Positions 59,417-64,000 of a stretch of DNA of 64,000 nucleotides are shown here, one piece after another. The stretch covers positions 1,401 through 65,400 of the forward strand of contig MNEF01000087.1 in NCBI GenBank assembly GCA_001917535.1, written 5' to 3'. The notes under the pieces were generated by a model. That model did no database searches and was not told the origin of the DNA. It worked only from the letters and a program-made list of their open reading frames with translations. The DNA is from Candidatus Rokubacteria bacterium 13_1_40CM_69_27. Lineage in GTDB: Bacteria > Methylomirabilota > Methylomirabilia > Rokubacteriales > CSP1-6. Each line of letters starts with the position of its first letter. Positions within the stretch are counted from its first letter, which is position 1. Made by a program: the position numbers and the translations under genes.

Positions 59417-59791
59417 CTAGGAGGCGCGGCGGGTGATCACGACGATCCGGCCTCGATCGCTCACGAAGGTGGTCAGCACCCAGCTCACCACGCTCACCAG
59501 CAGGGCGCCGAAGACCGCCGCCCAGAAGCCGTGGACCTGGAAGCCCTTCACCAGGAGAGAGGTGAGCCAGAGGCAGAGCCCGTTGAGCACCAGCAGGAAG
59601 AGGCCCAGCGTGACCAGCGTCACCGGGAAGGTCAGCACGACGAGGATCGGGCGCACCACGGCGTTGATCACGCCCAGCACGAGGCCGGCGCCCAGCGCGG
59701 TCAGCACGCCGTCGACCTCGATGCCCGGCACGATCACCGCCACCACGTAGATGGCCACGGCATTAATGAGCACGCGCAGCAGGAAGCCCAC
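59417..59791 (-). CDS. DUF360 (phage-holin-4-like/YvlD-like) membrane protein
   Basis: 4-TM 124 aa protein with DUF360-like conserved helices (VINAVAIYVVAVIVPGI). Confidence 0.55.
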   Translation of the reverse strand: MGFLLRVLINAVAIYVVAVIVPGIEVDGVLTALGAGLVLGVINAVVRPILVVLTFPVTLVTLGLFLLVLNGLCLWLTSLLVKGFQVHGFWAAVFGALLVSVVSWVLTTFVSDRGRIVVITRRAS

Positions 59792-59801
59792 GTCGTGAGC
59801 G

Positions 59802-61208
59802 CTATCCGCCGGCGAAGATGCTCTTCTTGATGGTGGCGTGCACGCCCCAGTTGCCGTCCACGACCTGCGTGATGCCGAAATCGACGGCGACCGACATCAA
59901 GGAGATCGCCTCGTTCTCGCTCAGGCCCTTGGTGGTCATCAGGAAGTGCCGCATCTTGCGGAAGGCGTCCCGCATCGCCAGATCCACGGAGGACTTCTCG
60001 TAGATCTTGCTCTGGGCGTCGGGGCCGAGGTCGACCAGGTAGTTCGGGTAGGTGAAGCCGTGCAGCACCCATTCGTCCTGGGTTTCCAGGAGCGGATAGT
60101 TGAGCCCGTTCAGCGCCGTCCCCCGCAGCGTGTCCTTCTTGCGGACGATCAGCTGGAAGGTCCCGGTCAGCGAGCACTCGATGGCGGTGCCGGCGAGCTC
60201 GGAATCGCCCTGGGCGGCGTGGGAGTCCCCCGCGGACAGCAGCGCGCCTGGCACCGCGACCGGATAGTACATGGTGGCGCCCCTGCCGATGCGCCAGTCG
60301 TCGATGTTGCCGCCGACGTAGTTGGGCGGGATGGAGTCGACGATGTCGGCCTCGGCCGGGGCCAGGCCCAGCACGCCGAAATGGGGACGGATGGGAACGC
60401 GGACGTTCTTGAGTATCCCGTGGTTCTCCTTCACGGTGCGGTGGTCGACCGGCACCCCGGGGTAATCGATGATCTTGTGGACGACGCCGAAGGGATCGGT
60501 CTGCGGCGTCCACTGGAAGTTATAGACGGCCTGCGCCCAGTTCCGCTCCCCCGACGCGTCGAGCTCGTAGATCGTGATCACCTCGCGCGGCTTCGGCTCC
60601 GTCAACAGATCCTTGTAGTGGAAGCCCCACCAGGCAGCCGCGTTGCTCCCGAAACTCTTGCCCTTGTACCTGGGGTTCGCGCACGGGCGAGGGCGGACGT
60701 CGACGATGCGCACCTCCAGGATGTCTCCGGGCGCGGCTCCGTGGACGTAGACGGGGCCGGTGCAGATGTGGACGCCCAGGCCCTCGCCCGCGCCCCGACC
60801 GAACAACGTCGGCTTGATCGGCCCCGCTCCCCGGCGGTCGACGCCCTTGCGCTGCTTGTCCCACGAGAAGACGCTCTCGGCGCCGGGATCGCCCTTGATC
60901 ATCCGCTCGGCATCGTCGTTGGCGTGATGAGTCAGGGCCTCGATGGTGACGAAATCGCCGGAGTTGACCTCGACCAGGGGTTTGAGTGACTTGCTGAAAT
61001 AGCCCCAGTGCACCGTCCGGTCGGTCGCCGGCACGTAATAGTGATTCTTCGTGCCGGGGACCATCCCCGGCTGGGCGTCGGCATTCGAGACGGACGACAG
61101 CCCGGTCGTCGCCAGCGAGGCGACGACGCCTCCCGCCGTGAGGGCACCCTTGAGAAAGTCCCGCCGCCCTTCGTGACCGCCGTTCTCGACGGAGGCATCA
61201 GCGCTCAT
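59802..61208 (-). CDS. acetamidase/formamidase family protein with Tat signal (paralog of the 33294 gene)
   Basis: RRDFLKGALTAGGVVA Tat motif; CTGPVYVHGAAPGDILE FmdA_AmdA signature. Confidence 0.8.
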   Translation of the reverse strand: MSADASVENGGHEGRRDFLKGALTAGGVVASLATTGLSSVSNADAQPGMVPGTKNHYYVPATDRTVHWGYFSKSLKPLVEVNSGDFVTIEALTHHANDDAERMIKGDPGAESVFSWDKQRKGVDRRGAGPIKPTLFGRGAGEGLGVHICTGPVYVHGAAPGDILEVRIVDVRPRPCANPRYKGKSFGSNAAAWWGFHYKDLLTEPKPREVITIYELDASGERNWAQAVYNFQWTPQTDPFGVVHKIIDYPGVPVDHRTVKENHGILKNVRVPIRPHFGVLGLAPAEADIVDSIPPNYVGGNIDDWRIGRGATMYYPVAVPGALLSAGDSHAAQGDSELAGTAIECSLTGTFQLIVRKKDTLRGTALNGLNYPLLETQDEWVLHGFTYPNYLVDLGPDAQSKIYEKSSVDLAMRDAFRKMRHFLMTTKGLSENEAISLMSVAVDFGITQVVDGNWGVHATIKKSIFAGG

Positions 61209-61449
61209 AGACCATCGCCCCTCCCTGGTCGGCGAGCGGGAGCATATGCCAGACGTTGGAACAGGGTCAAGGCCGCCTCGACGCGCCGCCGGCGGTCGGG
61301 TGTAACGCCCTCCCCAGGGCCGCAGCGGGCGCGATGCCCGAACCGCCTCCGGGCACCGTTGAGTTCTTTCGCCTACTTAGGTGTGGCACCGGGCTTGCGT
61401 TTCGTCGGCGGCGGGCGGCAACGAGGCGCCGCTCGAAAGGGGGACGACG

Positions 61450-61743
61450 ATGCGAATGCCAAAGCTTTCGATCGGGGTGGCGGTTCTCTCGCTGGTGGCC
61501 AGCGTCGCGAGCGCGGAGACTCTGACCGACCGCATGCAGTCCAGCCGCATGACGGTTCTCCAGGTGAACCGGGAGACAGGCCAGTTCCAGTGTGTGGAGC
61601 ACCGGCGCTGGACGTTCGTCTCCAAGGCCGATCTCAGCGCGGTGAGACCCGGGGACATCGTCAGAGTGGACAGAACGGGCGGAACCGCGAGGCTCGTGCT
61701 CCTGCGGAGCGCCGCCGAGGAGCTGGCCGGGTCCGAACGGTAG
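61450..61743 (+). CDS. small secreted hypothetical protein
   Basis: GGGGGA RBS; signal peptide MRMPKLSIGVAVLSLVASVASA; 97 aa. Confidence 0.4.
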   Translation: MRMPKLSIGVAVLSLVASVASAETLTDRMQSSRMTVLQVNRETGQFQCVEHRRWTFVSKADLSAVRPGDIVRVDRTGGTARLVLLRSAAEELAGSER

Positions 61744-61786
61744 GCACTGGGCGCGGCAGGGAGCCACGAAGGAATAGGAGGGGTCT

Positions 61787-63373
61787 ATGACGAGGCAACG
61801 GCTCTTTCTGGTGGCGGTCATCCCTGTCCTGATCTCGGCGTCTGCGGCCCTGCTGGCCTGGGGCGAGCTGATCGACAGAACCCAGGCTCCCAACGCCTTG
61901 AACGAGGGCATCAACAAGTCGCTCGAGCAGCAGATCGGCGAGGGGCGGGGCAACATCTATACCCCGTCCTCCTCGGCGTTCATCATCACTCGCGACCCGT
62001 TCCGCGCGATTCGCCGCGGCCGGCAGATCTTCCAGCGCAAGTTCACCCGCGCCCAGGGTCAGGGCCCGAACGTCGGCGATGGGCGCGGCGACATCAACAC
62101 GGTCCTCACGATCGGCGCCGGCCTGGCCGACAGCTGCGCCGGATGCCACGGACGCCCGCGCGGCTCGGCGGGCTTCGGGGGCGACGTGGCCACCCGGCCG
62201 GACAGCCGGGACGCACCGCACCTGTTCGGGCTCGGGCTGAAGGAGATGCTGGCCGACGAGATCACGACCGATCTCCGGTCAATCCGCCAGCAGGCCCTCG
62301 ACGAGGCGCGCGCTCGCGGGCGCTCGGTCACAAGACGGTTGGTCAGCAAAGGCATCGGGTACGGCTCGATCACCATGAATCCGGACGGGTCCGTCAATAC
62401 GTCACGGGTTGAGGGTGTCGATCCCGATCTCCGCGTCCGTCCGTTGTTCGCCCACGGCGGCGAGTTCTCCATCCGGGCCTTTGCCGTCGGCGCCTTCCAG
62501 GCCGAGATGGGGCTCCAGGCCTTCGACCCCGACCTTGTGACCGCGAGCCGGGGCGGCCGGGTGATCACCCCGTCCGGGATGGTGCTCGACGGGACTCTCG
62601 ACAGAATCGATCCGCCACCGGCCACCAGCGAAGGCGATGACGGGGATCGCGACGGGGTACGGAACGAGATCCCGGTCAGCCTGGTCGACTTCATGGAGTT
62701 CTACTTGCTGAACTACTTCAAGGCCGGGATCTCCGAGCAGACGACCGCCACCCAGAACGGCCGCAAGCTCTTCGAGCGGATCGGCTGCGCGAGCTGCCAC
62801 ATTCCAGACTTGCCCATCGATCGCGACCGGCGCGTCGCCGACGTGGAGACTGTCTTCGACCCCGAGCAGGGAATCTTCAACCGGCTCTTCGCCACGGCGG
62901 CTCCGCTCCATCGGGTCGTCGATGACCGCAGAGGATACCCGCCGCTGAAGCCGCCCCTCCTGGGGCCGTTCGTGGTCGAAAACATCTTCACCGACCTCAA
63001 GCGCCATGACCTCGGCCCGAACTTCCACGAGCGCAACTACGACGGATCGACTCAGAAGAAGTTCATGACCACGCCCCTGTGGGGCGTCGGCAGCACGGCG
63101 CCCTACGGTCACGACGGGCGCAGCATCAATCTCCGGGAGGTCATCCTCCGCCACGGCGGAGAGGCCCAATCGGCGCGGAATGCCTTCGCCGCGCTCTCGG
63201 CCCTCAACCAGGGGGACGTGATCGACTTTCTGAACTCCCTCGTCATCTTTCCGCCGGACGACACGGCCTCGAACCTGGACCCGGGGAATCCGGCCGCGCC
63301 GGGCTTTCCGCAGGTCGGCCACGGCAGCATCAAGCTGGGCGCCCTGTTCAACGATCCGACCGATCGCGAGTAG
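61787..63373 (+). CDS. DUF1111 family di-heme cytochrome c (putative thiol oxidoreductase/peroxidase)
   Basis: Two CxxCH haem-binding motifs (CAGCHG, CASCHI), N-terminal TM/signal anchor, about 528 aa, typical of DUF1111. Confidence 0.75.
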   Translation: MTRQRLFLVAVIPVLISASAALLAWGELIDRTQAPNALNEGINKSLEQQIGEGRGNIYTPSSSAFIITRDPFRAIRRGRQIFQRKFTRAQGQGPNVGDGRGDINTVLTIGAGLADSCAGCHGRPRGSAGFGGDVATRPDSRDAPHLFGLGLKEMLADEITTDLRSIRQQALDEARARGRSVTRRLVSKGIGYGSITMNPDGSVNTSRVEGVDPDLRVRPLFAHGGEFSIRAFAVGAFQAEMGLQAFDPDLVTASRGGRVITPSGMVLDGTLDRIDPPPATSEGDDGDRDGVRNEIPVSLVDFMEFYLLNYFKAGISEQTTATQNGRKLFERIGCASCHIPDLPIDRDRRVADVETVFDPEQGIFNRLFATAAPLHRVVDDRRGYPPLKPPLLGPFVVENIFTDLKRHDLGPNFHERNYDGSTQKKFMTTPLWGVGSTAPYGHDGRSINLREVILRHGGEAQSARNAFAALSALNQGDVIDFLNSLVIFPPDDTASNLDPGNPAAPGFPQVGHGSIKLGALFNDPTDRE

Positions 63374-64000
63374 GCGCGCGCGGGCCCACCGCTGGCGGCG
63401 CCCCCGGGGAGATCAGATGATGATCCCCTCGGGGGCGACGCGATGATCCAGCGCGGCGGCGATCTCCTCGGGCGTGAGCAGATCGGCGCGGTCGAGCCCC
63501 ACGACGGTCGCGACGGCATCCAGGCGGTGGGCCCACGTGGCCCGGTTCACGAAGAGCAAGCCCCCCACATTGAGCGTTCCCCCCTGGCTCACGAAGCCGA
63601 GGGCCCGCGTGGCAGGTCCCGTGTGCAGGTCTCGTGAACGACCAGCCACATCCCGGCGCTGGCAATCCGGTCGGCGGCGGCAAGGACCTCGAACACGGGC
63701 TCGCCGTCACCGCGCACGCCGCCGGCAGCCAGCGCATCGACCATCGCGCGGACCCGGGCCCGCGTGGCCGGCGTGTGGCGGATCCGGCCGTTGCCGGCCG
63801 CCCACCGCGCGAAGGCGGCATCGCGCTCGTCGTCGTGAACGAGGTCGCGCGCGACGCTCACGCCATGCTCCGGGCGCGGGGGCCTGGGACCGCCAGGCAC
63901 GCAACGGCATCTTCAGCGATGACCAGCTCCTCGTCGGCCGGGATCACCCAGACCGACACGCGGGTTCCGTCGCCGCTGATGCGCCCCACCTCACCCACTG

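Noticed and set aside
63413-64000. Partial minus-strand ORFs at the window edge (63413-63649 and 63589-63900) that may be one frameshifted gene
   Set aside because: It is truncated by the window end and no family is recognisable. It is not reported as a feature.

Overview
This is a GC-rich (about 68-70%) chromosomal segment from a diderm (Gram-negative-type) bacterium. The diderm call rests on the presence of a sigma-54 system, Tat/Sec signal peptides, an outer-membrane beta-barrel protein, PBP1A, the membrane thiol-redox protein CcdA and the periplasmic thioredoxin-like protein TlpA. The taxon cannot be assigned from sequence alone. Coordinates refined by hand, such as internal starts, may be off by a few nucleotides.

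Contents by region:
- 0.6-12 kb: housekeeping and repair genes. These are pgm, a tRNA-Gly next to a degenerate tRNA-like copy, a peptide/nickel ABC substrate-binding protein (SBP), a CCA-adding enzyme, a KaiC-like ATPase with an ATP-dependent DNA ligase, a GAF/HD-GYP phosphodiesterase, and LexA with a candidate operator.
- 12-37 kb: regulatory and envelope genes. These include a TatA::Ada-Zn fusion, a split sigma-54 activator/receiver pair, PBP1A, a cupredoxin with an FTR1 iron permease, a ComEA-like protein, an NtrC-type two-component system (TCS), GT4 glycosyltransferases, RlpA, FIST, PncA, a secreted formamidase, and ZnuA/ZnuB-like genes with no ZnuC.
- 37-42 kb: a minimal caspase-fold protein, a class V aminotransferase, a decayed NuoG/NuoF-like remnant and an orphan LivM permease.
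- 42.9-51.9 kb: a gas-vesicle gene cluster. It has a gvpJ-like gene, gvpA, three gvpF/L paralogs, gvpG, a gvpS/J-like gene and gvpK. No gvpN is visible. Instead the cluster carries a tandem ArsA/GET3-type ATPase and an embedded GAF-PAS histidine kinase plus a CheY-like receiver.
- 52-56.6 kb: the most striking region. A periplasmic peroxiredoxin, a TlpA/ResA-like thioredoxin-fold protein and a CcdA/DsbD-like membrane protein each contain one in-frame TGA placed at or next to the redox-active Cys. This is a candidate selenocysteine-dependent extracytoplasmic thiol-redox relay. It is flanked by several gene fragments: a GGT C-terminus, an AMP-ligase C-terminus and an LLM oxidoreductase N-terminus.
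- 56.8-63.4 kb: ordinary metabolic and envelope genes, including a crotonase, ketopantoate reductase, a second formamidase paralog and a DUF1111 di-heme cytochrome c.

A family of GC-rich palindromic REP-like repeats (core TCGGAGGGGGC...GCCCCCTCCGA, sometimes with a second GGATTGCGCCGGCAAAGCCGGCGCTCG module) occurs at seven or more sites. One copy lies in-frame inside the ArsA-like gene.

Many long R/A/P-rich ORFs on the opposite strand of real genes are GC-skew artifacts and are not reported.
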